Positions 31,797-46,510 of a DNA stretch of 64,000 bases are shown here, piece by piece. The stretch is from positions 1 through 64,000 of the forward strand of contig CAXXNO010000006.1 of the NCBI GenBank assembly GCA_963663235.2, given 5' to 3'. Below the pieces are notes generated by a model that saw only the letters and a list, made by a program, of their open reading frames with translations, was not told the DNA's origin and searched no databases. The DNA comes from Dehalococcoidia bacterium. Lineage in GTDB: Bacteria; Chloroflexota; Dehalococcoidia; Bin125. A program made the translations under genes and the position numbers. Each line of letters opens with the position of its first letter. Position 1 is the first letter of the stretch.

Positions 31797-32978
31797 ATGC
31801 CCGCAGCGTTGCCGTCCATCCGTTCCTCCCTTCCGCTGACGGATCGGGTGGCGTATCTGAACTCCGGCTGGTCGGGCCCTCTACCGACCCCGGTGCGCCA
31901 AGCGATGGAGCGCGAGCTGCGCCGCGATGCGGACGAGGGTGCCACTGTCCGCACGGTTCTGCAGGCTCGGCGGGAGCTTGACATTGGGCTGCGGTCACAG
32001 ATCGCGGCCGCCGTACACGCCGACGCGGACGAAATCGCGCTGACGCGGAACACGACCGAGGGCATGAACATCGTGTTTAATGGCGTCTCCTGGCAGCCGG
32101 GAGACGTGGTGGTCAGCACCACCGTGGAACATAGCTCCGGGTTGGTGCCGTGTTACTTCTTGCGGGACCGCCATGGCGTGGAATTGCGCTTCGTGAAAAC
32201 GGACGCCTCCGATGCGCAGGCGGACATGATTGCCAAGTTCGAGGCCGCTGTCACTCCCGGCACACGCTTGGTGGTCCTGAGTCATATCTCGTACGCAACC
32301 GGCCAGATCTTCCCCTTGGCTGAGATTCAGCGCCTTGTGCATCGAGCCGGGGCGCGCGTACTTGTGGATGGCGCTCAAGGCTTGGGTCACCTGCCCCTGA
32401 ACTTTCATGCCGATGATGTGGACTACTACGCGATGGCGGGGCACAAATGGCTCCTGGGGCCGAGCGGCCAGGGGGCTCTGTTCGTGCGCCGTGATCTAAT
32501 CACCGAGCTTGAGCCGATGGCGGTCGCCTACGGGGCGGCGCAGTCCATCGACTATCGTGGCGGCGGCTTTTCACCCAGGCGTGATGCCATCGCTAAATTC
32601 GAGCTCACGTCGTCGAGTGCGGCGCTGCAAGCCGGCATGGCGGCCGCTCTCCACTTGTACCAGACAGCCGGTCCGGAGGCAGTGTGGCAGCGAATCCGCG
32701 CCTTGGCAGGCTACGCGGCGCGGCAGGTGACCGCCAGCGAGGGTCTCACCCTGGCGAGTCCTGCCGATCCGGCGGAGCAGAGCGGCCTGGTGACCTTCAC
32801 CGCCAAGGGCCTGCCAGCGGACCACGTGAGCGAATATCTGGAAACGGCGGCTGGGGTGGTGGCGCGCTCGGTTAGCGAAGTTGATGCCGTCCGTCTTTCG
32901 ACTCACTACTTCAACACGGAAGCCGAGATTGACCACGCTGTCGCGGCCGCCGCGCGCGTGGTCAAGGGCGCCGTCTAG
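31797..32978 (+). CDS. Aminotransferase class V PLP enzyme (cysteine desulfurase / isopenicillin-N epimerase-like)
   Basis: YLNSG..GP, NTTEG, EH, VDGAQ, GHKWLLGP. Confidence 0.88.
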   Translation: MPAALPSIRSSLPLTDRVAYLNSGWSGPLPTPVRQAMERELRRDADEGATVRTVLQARRELDIGLRSQIAAAVHADADEIALTRNTTEGMNIVFNGVSWQPGDVVVSTTVEHSSGLVPCYFLRDRHGVELRFVKTDASDAQADMIAKFEAAVTPGTRLVVLSHISYATGQIFPLAEIQRLVHRAGARVLVDGAQGLGHLPLNFHADDVDYYAMAGHKWLLGPSGQGALFVRRDLITELEPMAVAYGAAQSIDYRGGGFSPRRDAIAKFELTSSSAALQAGMAAALHLYQTAGPEAVWQRIRALAGYAARQVTASEGLTLASPADPAEQSGLVTFTAKGLPADHVSEYLETAAGVVARSVSEVDAVRLSTHYFNTEAEIDHAVAAAARVVKGAV

Positions 32979-33089
32979 GCATCCGTTTAGCCTGCGATGA
33001 GCGGTCCAGGCGCTTGGCCGCCTGTGGGAATGGTGTGATACGATTGCTGCCGATTGTCAGAGGGCGTATGGAGCGTTGGTCGTGTTTGA

Positions 33090-34451
33090 ATGGTGGCGGC
33101 TCCTCTGGGAGCGGATCGCTTGGTGACTGAGCCGAACCCCCAAGAGCTGTCCATGGAGCAACTCCTCGCCGCCGAGGAGTCCACCATCGCCCAGCTAAGC
33201 CGGGGCGATGTCGTGGATGGTGCGGTGGTCGGGATCAATCCGGACGCGCTGATCGTTGATGTCGGGGCGAAATCCGAGGGTGTGGTGCCGGCGAACGAAA
33301 TGCAGTCGCTCACCACCGATCAGCGCGCTGCCTTGAGCGTTGGTGATTCGCTGCTGGTGTACGTGCTGCAGCCGGAAGCGGAAGACGGCCAGGTGATGCT
33401 GTCAGTCGACCGTGCCCGGGGTGAGCAAGGTTGGCGTGTTCTCCATGGGCGCTACGAGGCCGGCGACATTTTCGAGGCCACCGTCAGCGGTTTTAACAAG
33501 GGCGGTTTGCTGGTGAACGTGGAGGGTGTGAATGCCTTCGTGCCGATGAGCCAGGTGGTGGGCGCCACACCGGACCGCGGCCAGGAGGGCGGCGGCCTGG
33601 CGGATTACGTTGGTCGCACCCTGCGTCTCAAAGTGATCGAGATGAATCGCCGCCGCAACCGGGTCATCCTGTCAGAGCGAGCAGCCTTGCAGGAATGGCG
33701 AGCGGAGCAGAAGGACCGTCTGCTAGAGGAGTTGCGTGAAGGAGAGATCCGACAAGGCACCATTACGAGCATTCGAAATTTTGGTGTCTTCGTGGATCTG
33801 GGCGGCGCCGACGGGCTCGTGCACCTCTCCGAGCTCTCCTGGGATCGGGACGTCAACCCCGAGGAACTCTTCAAGGTCGGCGATAGCGTTAGCGTGTACG
33901 TCATGAAGATCGACCAGGAGAGCAAGAAGATCGGTCTTTCCATGCGGCGCGCCCGGCCGGAGGAGTGGGATGGCGTGGTGGCTGAGTACGAGGTTGGGCA
34001 GGTTGTGCCCGCCGAAATCACCAAGCTTGTGACGTTCGGCGCGTTCGCGCGGCTGGAAGGGCCGGTTGAGGGGCTGATCCACGTCTCGGAGCTCGTAGAA
34101 CGACGCATCGCTCACCCGAAAGAAGTCGTCGCGGAGGGGGACATCGTGCCGGTCAAGATCGTGCGAATCGAGCGCGACAGGCACCGGCTCGGCCTCAGCC
34201 TCCATCAAGCGCGGCCCGACGCGGAGCGCGCGGGCTGGGTGTTCGACGACAACGGTGGGATCCGAGCGCTCGCTGCGGATGTCGCCGAGAAATATGGCAT
34301 CGAGCAACCGACTATCGAGGCGCCAAGTGCGCCCGCGCCCGGTGTCGAGGCGCCCCCCGCCCCGGAGCCGGAACCCGCCACGGCGATGGAAGCGGCGCTG
34401 CAGCGCGCGGGACTTTCCGAAGATGATCTCCGCTCCAGCGACGAGAGCTAA
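33090..34451 (+). CDS. rpsA: 30S ribosomal protein S1 (four S1 domains)
   Basis: VDVGAKSEG, NKGGL, FGVFVDLGGADGLVHLSELSW. Confidence 0.95.
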   Translation: MVAAPLGADRLVTEPNPQELSMEQLLAAEESTIAQLSRGDVVDGAVVGINPDALIVDVGAKSEGVVPANEMQSLTTDQRAALSVGDSLLVYVLQPEAEDGQVMLSVDRARGEQGWRVLHGRYEAGDIFEATVSGFNKGGLLVNVEGVNAFVPMSQVVGATPDRGQEGGGLADYVGRTLRLKVIEMNRRRNRVILSERAALQEWRAEQKDRLLEELREGEIRQGTITSIRNFGVFVDLGGADGLVHLSELSWDRDVNPEELFKVGDSVSVYVMKIDQESKKIGLSMRRARPEEWDGVVAEYEVGQVVPAEITKLVTFGAFARLEGPVEGLIHVSELVERRIAHPKEVVAEGDIVPVKIVRIERDRHRLGLSLHQARPDAERAGWVFDDNGGIRALAADVAEKYGIEQPTIEAPSAPAPGVEAPPAPEPEPATAMEAALQRAGLSEDDLRSSDES

Positions 34452-34640
34452 GCGCAAAACCCACCGGTTGCATACGAATCTCCCCGGCCACCGCGGGTCG
34501 TTAACGTAATTAGAAGGGCCGGGAAGATTAGGGGCCTGACGGGCCACCTGTGGGACCTCTCCGGGGGTCGGGCAGGTTGGTTCTTCCTGGACGCTCTTTC
34601 CAAACGCGTGATACCCTTGATCTGAGGCTGAATAGCTGAC

Positions 34641-37166
<2,526 letters not shown>

Positions 37167-37190
37167 CCCTTCGGGAGATCATTCCCGGCA

Positions 37191-37226
37191 GCAAGAAAGC
37201 GCGCTCCGTCGAGCGCGCTTTCTTGC
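37191..37226. terminator. Bidirectional terminator between clpC and rodA
   Basis: 16-bp perfect stem GCAAGAAAGCGCGCTC / GAGCGCGCTTTCTTGC. Confidence 0.85.
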
Positions 37227-37251
37227 ATCTCGCTTCGGTCTCGGGTCCGCC

Positions 37252-38355
37252 CTAACGCTCGTTCTGGCGCAGCAACACACTCTGGACGATCCCCAGCGCG
37301 ACGAACAAAACGAAGAGCGACGAATTGCCCACGCTGAGAAATGGCAGCGGCAGGCCGGTGACGGGCAATAAGCGGATATTCACTGCCACCGCGATGAAGA
37401 CCTGGAACGCGATCATGCCAGTGATCCCCGCTACCATCAGCTGGCCCAAGGTGTCCGGTGCGCGCAGGATCGCGCGCAAGCCCCGCATCACCAGGAGTAA
37501 GACGAGCGCGAACAGGGCGATCGCGCCGACGAACCCGAACTCCTCGCCGAGAACGCTGAAGATGAAGTCCGTCTGCTGCGTCTGCAGGAAATCGAGTTGC
37601 GTCTGCGCTCCCTCCGTCAGGCCCTTCCCGAGCAAGCCGCCGGAACCGACCGATGTCTCCGCCTGCAGCACGTTGAACGCCACGCCGAGCGGGTCGTCAC
37701 TAGGGTCGATGAATATCTTGATCCGGTCGCGCTGATAGTCGCTGAAACCGGCCACCATCCCGAATGGAATGAGCGCTGCCAGTACGGCGCCGAGGATCAC
37801 GAAATTGCGCAGGCGGGCGCCCCCGAGCGCCGCCATCACCACCCAGATCAGCAAGAACATGATGGCGCCACCCAGGTCGGGCTCAATCAGGACGAGCGCC
37901 GCCGGCGCAGCGGCCAAGCCGAGCGATGCGACGAACGTCCGAGCCTCGTGCATGCGGTTCCGGTGGTCGGCCATGAACTTCGCGAGGCCGATGATCGTCA
38001 GCAACTTCGCGATTTCCGAAGCCTGCACGACCATGAAGCCGAGATCGAACCAGCGACTCGCGGCGAAGCGGTCGGATCCAAGAAAGAGGACGGCCGCCAG
38101 CAGCAGGATCCCGACGATGTAGGCCACCCCCCCGAAGGTGTCCAGCACCCGGTAGTTGGTCCGGGCCACGAGCAGCATGGCCAACGTGCCGACGCCCGCG
38201 ACTGCGATATGCCGGATGACGGGCTCAGTAACTACAATACCGATGGCGCCGCGCGGAAGAGCAGCGCTGTAGATCAGCAGTGCCCCGTACCCAGTAAGCG
38301 CTAAGACAACGACCAAGAGTACGGGATCAAAGTGACGCCAGCTGTAGGCGTTCAT
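37252..38355 (-). CDS. rodA: Rod shape-determining protein RodA
   Basis: QASEIAK, EPDLG, TDFIFSVLGEEFG, PVTGLPLPFLS; ATGA overlap with mrdA. Confidence 0.93.
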   Translation of the reverse strand: MNAYSWRHFDPVLLVVVLALTGYGALLIYSAALPRGAIGIVVTEPVIRHIAVAGVGTLAMLLVARTNYRVLDTFGGVAYIVGILLLAAVLFLGSDRFAASRWFDLGFMVVQASEIAKLLTIIGLAKFMADHRNRMHEARTFVASLGLAAAPAALVLIEPDLGGAIMFLLIWVVMAALGGARLRNFVILGAVLAALIPFGMVAGFSDYQRDRIKIFIDPSDDPLGVAFNVLQAETSVGSGGLLGKGLTEGAQTQLDFLQTQQTDFIFSVLGEEFGFVGAIALFALVLLLVMRGLRAILRAPDTLGQLMVAGITGMIAFQVFIAVAVNIRLLPVTGLPLPFLSVGNSSLFVLFVALGIVQSVLLRQNER

Positions 38356-40403
38356 GGCCCGCTGTCCGCATCGAGGTCCACGAAGCGGTCGCCCTCCAGT
38401 GCGGCCCGCTGTGGCGGTGCGGGGTGGTCGGGATCGATCGAGCCGCTGAGTTCCGCCCACGCCTTCAGGATCAGCCCGCCCGTCTCCGCGCTCAGAAAGC
38501 CGGCACCCAACTGGTGAAATACCACGACCGCCACCTGCGGCTTTTCGTACGGTGCAAAACCAAGGAACCAGCCGTGAGTGGGGAACAGGTCGCGGAACGT
38601 GGGCTCTTTGCCGAACTCCGCCGTTCCTGTCTTGCCGGCAATCTGCATTTCGGAAAAGTAGGCGTTGCCGGAGGTTCCGGCCAGCACGGATCGAGCCATC
38701 CCTTCCCGGACCAGCGCCAGGTTCTCGGGCTCGACATCAAGCTGCCGGCGGACCCGAGGGCCGATCGTTCGGAGCACGTTGCCGTCCGTATCCAGCACTG
38801 CCCGGACGACGTGAGGCTGCAGCAGATTGCCGCCATTGGCGATTGCCGCGGTCGCCATCACCATCTGGAGCGGCGTGACCGCCACGAATCCCTGTCCGAT
38901 GCCCAGGTTGTAGGAATCGCCTTGCCCCCAGCCTTCACCGAATGTCCTGACCTTCCAATCGGCATCAGGGATAAAACCGCTCGCCTCGCCGACCAAGTCG
39001 ATCTGGCTCAATTCATTCAGGCCGAAGAGGTTCCCCCACTTGGAGAGTCCCTCGATCCCAAGGCCCTCGAAGTCCTGCTGCCCGCCGATGACCCCCGCGC
39101 GAGTGAGCTTCTCCTGCTCTTCCTGCTGCTCGGGCGTCAGCAGTTCGTCGGCCACGGGCCGGCGGAAAGGGGAACCGCCGGCGAGGTACCAGAAATAGAC
39201 GTTGCTTGATTCGGCCAGGCCCGTGACGAAGTCGAAGTCCCCGGCCGTGGTGTCGCGGAACACGTAGGTGATGCGCGGATCGAGGACGTTTTGCACTCCG
39301 ATGGCGCCGAGAGAGCGGATGCGCTGGTCGGGGTCGATGATTTCGTCTTGGAGAGCACCGGTGCCAGTGATCACCTTGAAAATGGATCCGGGCGGAAATT
39401 GATCGGCGATGGCGTGGTTGACGAGCGGGCGGGCTTCATTTTCGAAGATGGCGGAAAGCTGCGCCTCGTCGACGCGCTGAGAGAAGATGTTGTTGTCGTA
39501 GTTGGGTAGGGAGACCATGGCCAGAATCTCTCCGGTGTGGACATCCACCACCACGGCGGCCGCGAAGAGCGAGCCGCCCATGCCTTCTCGTAATAGGATC
39601 TCCACCTCGGTTTGCAGCTGCGGATCGATGGTCAGCACCAATCCTTGGCCCGGCGTTGGAGGTTCTGCAGCCAGCGTCCGCACGGCGCGCCCGCTGGCGT
39701 TCACCTCTACCTCCTCTCTCCCGGGAACGCCGCGCAACACATCCTCGTAGGCAGCTTCGACGCCCGTCTGTCCGATCCGATCGGCGAGGCGGTACCGGTC
39801 CGCGCGCAACTCCTCGAACTCTTCCACGGTGATGGGGCCGATGTGGCCCAGTACCTGGGAGAAGAGCGGACCGAGCAGGTAGTGGCGCTTGGATATCGAT
39901 TCCACCCGCATTCCGGGCACAGAACCCTGGAGGGTGCCGATCTCAAAGACCAAGTCGGCATCGATGTCCGCTGCCAGCACGATGGGCTGGAAGGGGTCGA
40001 TGCTGCGATGCCTCTCAAGGATCTGCGTCTCGATCTCGAAGGCGGGGATGTCCAGTAGCGGCGATAGTGCTTCGGCTACCTCGTGGACGCGATCCGGCGG
40101 AACGTCTGCCGCCACCACCGTGACGGCGAACCCCGGTACGTTTTCGGCGAGGAGCGTGCCATCTCTCGCGTAGATCAGCCCCCGTTCTGCGGGCGTGTCG
40201 ATCAAGCGCAACCGGTTGGTGGCGGCGCGAATCTCGAACTCTTCGTGCCGGAAGATCTGGAGCCGCATCAACTGAATCGTGAGGATGCCGAACAGCACCA
40301 GGATTACCGTGCCCAGCAGCAAGACCTTGAGCCCAAGCCTCTCCTCGTCCCCAGCCGGCGAGGTCATGATGACGGGACGCTGCCTATCGCCCAGGAGGCG
40401 CAT
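38352..40403 (-). CDS. mrdA: Penicillin-binding protein 2
   Basis: PGSIFK (SxxK), SSNVYF (SxN), KTGTAE. Confidence 0.93.
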   Translation of the reverse strand: MRLLGDRQRPVIMTSPAGDEERLGLKVLLLGTVILVLFGILTIQLMRLQIFRHEEFEIRAATNRLRLIDTPAERGLIYARDGTLLAENVPGFAVTVVAADVPPDRVHEVAEALSPLLDIPAFEIETQILERHRSIDPFQPIVLAADIDADLVFEIGTLQGSVPGMRVESISKRHYLLGPLFSQVLGHIGPITVEEFEELRADRYRLADRIGQTGVEAAYEDVLRGVPGREEVEVNASGRAVRTLAAEPPTPGQGLVLTIDPQLQTEVEILLREGMGGSLFAAAVVVDVHTGEILAMVSLPNYDNNIFSQRVDEAQLSAIFENEARPLVNHAIADQFPPGSIFKVITGTGALQDEIIDPDQRIRSLGAIGVQNVLDPRITYVFRDTTAGDFDFVTGLAESSNVYFWYLAGGSPFRRPVADELLTPEQQEEQEKLTRAGVIGGQQDFEGLGIEGLSKWGNLFGLNELSQIDLVGEASGFIPDADWKVRTFGEGWGQGDSYNLGIGQGFVAVTPLQMVMATAAIANGGNLLQPHVVRAVLDTDGNVLRTIGPRVRRQLDVEPENLALVREGMARSVLAGTSGNAYFSEMQIAGKTGTAEFGKEPTFRDLFPTHGWFLGFAPYEKPQVAVVVFHQLGAGFLSAETGGLILKAWAELSGSIDPDHPAPPQRAALEGDRFVDLDADSGP

Positions 40404-40900
40404 CAGACGCTTACCGCCGGTTTCGCCCGCGGCGTCGGCAGGCGGATCAAGAGGTACACCGGGACCGCCACGACCAGGTTGACCAGCACGGTTGGCAGCA
40501 GCACGTCGGTGGTCACCGCGAACCAGTCGATCGCGCTGCCCCCAATCTCAAGCACAAGGGCGATCACCACGAAGTGCGCCACTGTCGCCGCAACCACGAG
40601 AGCGAGCGCCCCGCCGAACTCGCTCTGAACGCCCAGGGGGCGCCGCAGGGTAGCCAGCATGATCACTGGCAGGAAAGCCGCGACGGAGGTCGCGAGCCCC
40701 TGGAACGAGAGCAGCCCCATCCAGATACCGGCCAGCGGAACCAGCCCAAACCCCTCGTCCTGGCCACGGACGACGACCCAGCAGCAAAGCACGATAAGGA
40801 TCAGGTTTGTCCCTACACCCAACAACTGGAATGCTGGTACGGCCGATGTCTGCAGTAACGTGAGCGCCAGTAAGCCGATCGCGTATACGATCCACCTCAT
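40403..40900 (-). CDS. mreD: Rod shape-determining protein MreD
   Basis: Multi-TM protein between mreC and mrdA. Confidence 0.8.
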   Translation of the reverse strand: MRWIVYAIGLLALTLLQTSAVPAFQLLGVGTNLILIVLCCWVVVRGQDEGFGLVPLAGIWMGLLSFQGLATSVAAFLPVIMLATLRRPLGVQSEFGGALALVVAATVAHFVVIALVLEIGGSAIDWFAVTTDVLLPTVLVNLVVAVPVYLLIRLPTPRAKPAVSV

Positions 40901-41781
40901 GGTGCCCCGTCCTCCGACTGCGCCGGTTCCTCTTCATCATTCGGACGACCGGGCTCAGGGATCGGTTCCGCGGTAAACGTAACCTGCACCAAGACGGACT
41001 CCAGTCGGTCCAGGGGTGCAAGGGGTCGGAGGCGGACCCGCTTAAAGACTTCTTGTGCGGATCCCTCGGCCGCCGCGACCGTCCCGACCGGGATCCCCTT
41101 TGGAAGGAGCCCTCCCAGGCCAGAGGTGAGGAACGCCTGGCCCGGCTGGACATCCAGGGCTTGTGGGATGAACTCCACCCGCAGATTGCCCCGGGTGTCA
41201 CCCGTGATGATCCCCTCGGTCCGGCTGAGCTGATGCAGCCCGCGGATACTGCTGTCGGGGTCCGTGATGAGCCGGACGAAGGCCAGATTCGCCCGTGCTT
41301 CAATCACCACTCCCACGAGACTGCCGCCGACGGCGAGTACCGGCATCCCCTCCTCGACGCCGTCACTGACGCCTCGGTCGATCCCGATGATGTCTCGCAG
41401 CCCCGTCAGGTCCCGCGTGATGATCTCCGCCTCCACGAAGATCTCGCCTTGCTGCGCGCGCTGCACGTCCAGCAGCGCCTCTCGACCGCGCACCTGGATC
41501 TGCTCTTCGCGCAGCCGTGTCACCTCAGCCTCCAATTGCTCGACGCGGTTCCGCAGCGCCCGGTTCTCGTCGTCCACGGCGTCAAAATCGTCGATGTTGC
41601 CAATGAGATTGGCGACCGGTTCGGCGGCGTGGCGCAATGCGCGCTGCACGGGGCTGAAGACGGTGAGCGCCGCATCCTCCAGCGGCGCGGCCGCGCCGGT
41701 GACGGCCAAGGCTGTCAGGATGCCGATGAGGAGGATCATCCCCATCAACCATTGGCCTAACCTGGAGTTCAGCGCGGCCAT
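40897..41781 (-). CDS. mreC: Rod shape-determining protein MreC
   Basis: TM, coiled coil, IDRG..DGV..GMPV, TSGLGG..PKGIPVG. Confidence 0.92.
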   Translation of the reverse strand: MAALNSRLGQWLMGMILLIGILTALAVTGAAAPLEDAALTVFSPVQRALRHAAEPVANLIGNIDDFDAVDDENRALRNRVEQLEAEVTRLREEQIQVRGREALLDVQRAQQGEIFVEAEIITRDLTGLRDIIGIDRGVSDGVEEGMPVLAVGGSLVGVVIEARANLAFVRLITDPDSSIRGLHQLSRTEGIITGDTRGNLRVEFIPQALDVQPGQAFLTSGLGGLLPKGIPVGTVAAAEGSAQEVFKRVRLRPLAPLDRLESVLVQVTFTAEPIPEPGRPNDEEEPAQSEDGAP

Positions 41782-41790
41782 GGAGCTTGC

Positions 41791-42851
41791 TTACCGGCGC
41801 TCCCGCACCGACGCGGTCTCGGCGCGCACCTTCGAGAGTATGGTCGCCTCTTCCAACACCTCGGCACATCCGCGCACCACACAGGTCGTCGGGTCGTCCA
41901 CCAGGTAGACTGGGAACTTCGTCTCCTGCGAGATGCGGCGGTCCAAGCCGGCCAAGAGGGCGCCACCTCCGGCTAGCCCGATCCCCTGGTTCATCAGATC
42001 CGCGACCAACTCCGGTGGCGTCGTCTCAATCGTTTGCCGCACCGCATCCACGATCGCGCGCACGGAGCCGCTGAGCGCATCGCGTAGCTCGACGGTGCTG
42101 ATCTCGACACTTTTCGGTAGCCCGCTGGCCAGATCCCGCCCCGCAGCACGACCGGCCGCTCCCGCTCCAGCGGGAACGCTGAACCGGCCTCGATCTTCGT
42201 CTGCTCAGCCGTTTGGGATCCGATGGCCATATTGTGTACGTGCCGCGCGTAAGCAATCAGATCCTCGTCAATCTCGTCTCCGGCGACTCGAATGGACGTG
42301 CTTACTACGATACCGCCCAGGGCAAATACGGCCACCTCAGTCGTCCCGCCGCCGATGTCTACGATCATCGATCCGGTCGCGCCTCCGATCGGCAGGCCTG
42401 CGCCAATCGCGGCGGCTACTGGCTCTTCGATCAGCAGCGCCTCGCGGGCGCCGCTGCTAATCGTAGCGTCGTAGATGGCGCGCTTCTCGACTTCGGTGAC
42501 GCCGCTGGGCATGCCTACGACGACCCGGGGGCGTGGCACCCCGATGCTGTGATGCTCGTGCACCGCCCGAATGAAGTACTGGAGCATCCGTTCTGTGACG
42601 TCGAAGTCACTGATAACCCCGTCCTTTAAAGGGCGTACGGCGACCACATTGGCTGGGGTACGGCCGACCATCCGCTTGGCATCCAGGCCGATGGCCAGGA
42701 TCGTGCGGGTATTCCGATCGATCGCGACCACGGACGGTTCCGCCAGGAGGATGCCTCGTCCGCGCACCGCGACGAGGGTATTCGCGGTACCCAGGTCGAT
42801 CGCGATGTCGTGCGAGAACTGCCCGAAAAGCCAATTCAGAGGGTTCAGCAT
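41791..42851 (-). CDS. mreB: Actin-like MreB with a one-base frameshift at ~42140 (likely sequencing error)
   Basis: IDLGTANT, DIGGGTTEVA; one added base at CGGGGCGGGAT restores RGRDLASGLPK and joins ORF 41791-42063. Confidence 0.92.
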
Positions 42852-42930
42852 GATCCCTCAGGGGACGAAACGGCCCGGAGCGGAAGGCCGCGACCGGGCC
42901 GGTCTCTGACCGCAGATTTTGCCTGTGCCA

Positions 42931-45084
<2,154 letters not shown>

Positions 45085-45128
45085 CTACGAAACCGATGCC
45101 GCGGATCGCGTGTTACGCTGACCATTCG

Positions 45129-45803
45129 ATGGGCATCTCCGATCCGCGATCAGTCATCGTGCTGGACTATGGGGCGGGCAACCTGCGCTCGGTCGTGCGC
45201 GCTGTGGAGCGCGTTGGCTTCCGCGCAGAAGTCACCAGCAGCCCCGGCCGGCTGGCTGCTGCTCGCGTCGTAGTTCTTCCCGGCGTCGGTGCGGCTGCCG
45301 ATACGATGCGCAACCTCAAGCGCTGCGGGCTTGTCGAACCGCTGAAGGAGTACCTGGCGGCGAACCACCCCTTCCTTGGCGTCTGTATGGGCCTCGAGGC
45401 GCTGATGACGGTCTCGCAGGAGGGGGGCGAGCACCGCTGTTTGGATGCGTTGCCCGGCCAGGTCGTGCGCCTGCCGGCTGGGCAGAAGGTCCCACACATG
45501 GGCTGGAACGCGGTCCGATTCAGCCAGCCCAGCGTGGCGCTGGACGGAATTCCGCAGGGTGCCTACTTCTACTTCGTCCACTCCTACTACTGCGTCGTCG
45601 AAGAAGCCCAGTGTGTGGTCGCGACCACCGACTACGGAGTGACCATTCCCGCGGTGGTTGAGCGGGGCAACCTCGTGGCCACGCAGTTCCACCCGGAGAA
45701 GAGTGGGGTTTACGGCCTGCGGCTCTATCGCAACGTCCTGACGCGAGCGTTCTTGGTCGGATCGGCTTCAGAGAGCGGCGGGGGAGATGCGCGATGCAAG
45801 TAA
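45129..45803 (+). CDS. hisH: Imidazole glycerol phosphate synthase subunit HisH
   Basis: DYGAGNLRS, LGVCMG, PHMGWN, QFHPEKS. Confidence 0.95.
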   Translation: MGISDPRSVIVLDYGAGNLRSVVRAVERVGFRAEVTSSPGRLAAARVVVLPGVGAAADTMRNLKRCGLVEPLKEYLAANHPFLGVCMGLEALMTVSQEGGEHRCLDALPGQVVRLPAGQKVPHMGWNAVRFSQPSVALDGIPQGAYFYFVHSYYCVVEEAQCVVATTDYGVTIPAVVERGNLVATQFHPEKSGVYGLRLYRNVLTRAFLVGSASESGGGDARCK

Positions 45804-46510
45804 TCCCCGCCGTCGATATCCGCGGTGGCCGCGTCGTGCGGCTCCGACAGGGCGACTACGGGACTGAAACCGTCTTCGATGTGGATCCGGTCGCCGCTGC
45901 CCGGCGCTGGCTTGCGGCCGGCGCGGAGCGTCTCCACGTGGTGGACTTGGACGGCGCGCGCGGCGGCACGCCCGCGAACTTCGCCGCCGTGACAGAAATC
46001 GCGGCACTCGGCACATCAACGCAGGTCGGAGGTGGGATCCGATCGGCGGAGACAGCGGCGCGGTACCTGGACGCGGGTTTGGACCGGATCGTGCTCGGCA
46101 CGGCCGCCGTGCGTGACATTGCCTTGGTGAAGGTGCTCTGCCGCGATCACGGTGAAGCCATCGTGCTATCGATCGACGCTCGCGCTGGTCTGGTGGCGAC
46201 CGATGGCTGGACTAAGACGTCGACTATTCCGGCCGAGGAACTCGCCGGCATGCTGGTGGATTCAGGTGCGCGACGGTTCGTCTATACGGATATCGCGCGT
46301 GACGGCACACTTACAGAGCCGAACTACGACGCCCTGCGGCGCTTCGTGGCGGCGGTGGACCGGCCCGTGATCGCTTCGGGTGGCGTAGCCACCGTTGAGC
46401 AGATCCCGCTGCTGGCGCTGACTGACGTGGAGGGGGTCATCGTAGGACGCGCGCTGTACGACGGACGGATCGACCTGATGGCTGCGATGATGGTGGCCGT
46501 TCAATGTTGA
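45794..46510 (+). CDS. hisA: ProFAR isomerase HisA
   Basis: [31 protein letters not shown]. Confidence 0.95.
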   Translation: MQVIPAVDIRGGRVVRLRQGDYGTETVFDVDPVAAARRWLAAGAERLHVVDLDGARGGTPANFAAVTEIAALGTSTQVGGGIRSAETAARYLDAGLDRIVLGTAAVRDIALVKVLCRDHGEAIVLSIDARAGLVATDGWTKTSTIPAEELAGMLVDSGARRFVYTDIARDGTLTEPNYDALRRFVAAVDRPVIASGGVATVEQIPLLALTDVEGVIVGRALYDGRIDLMAAMMVAVQC

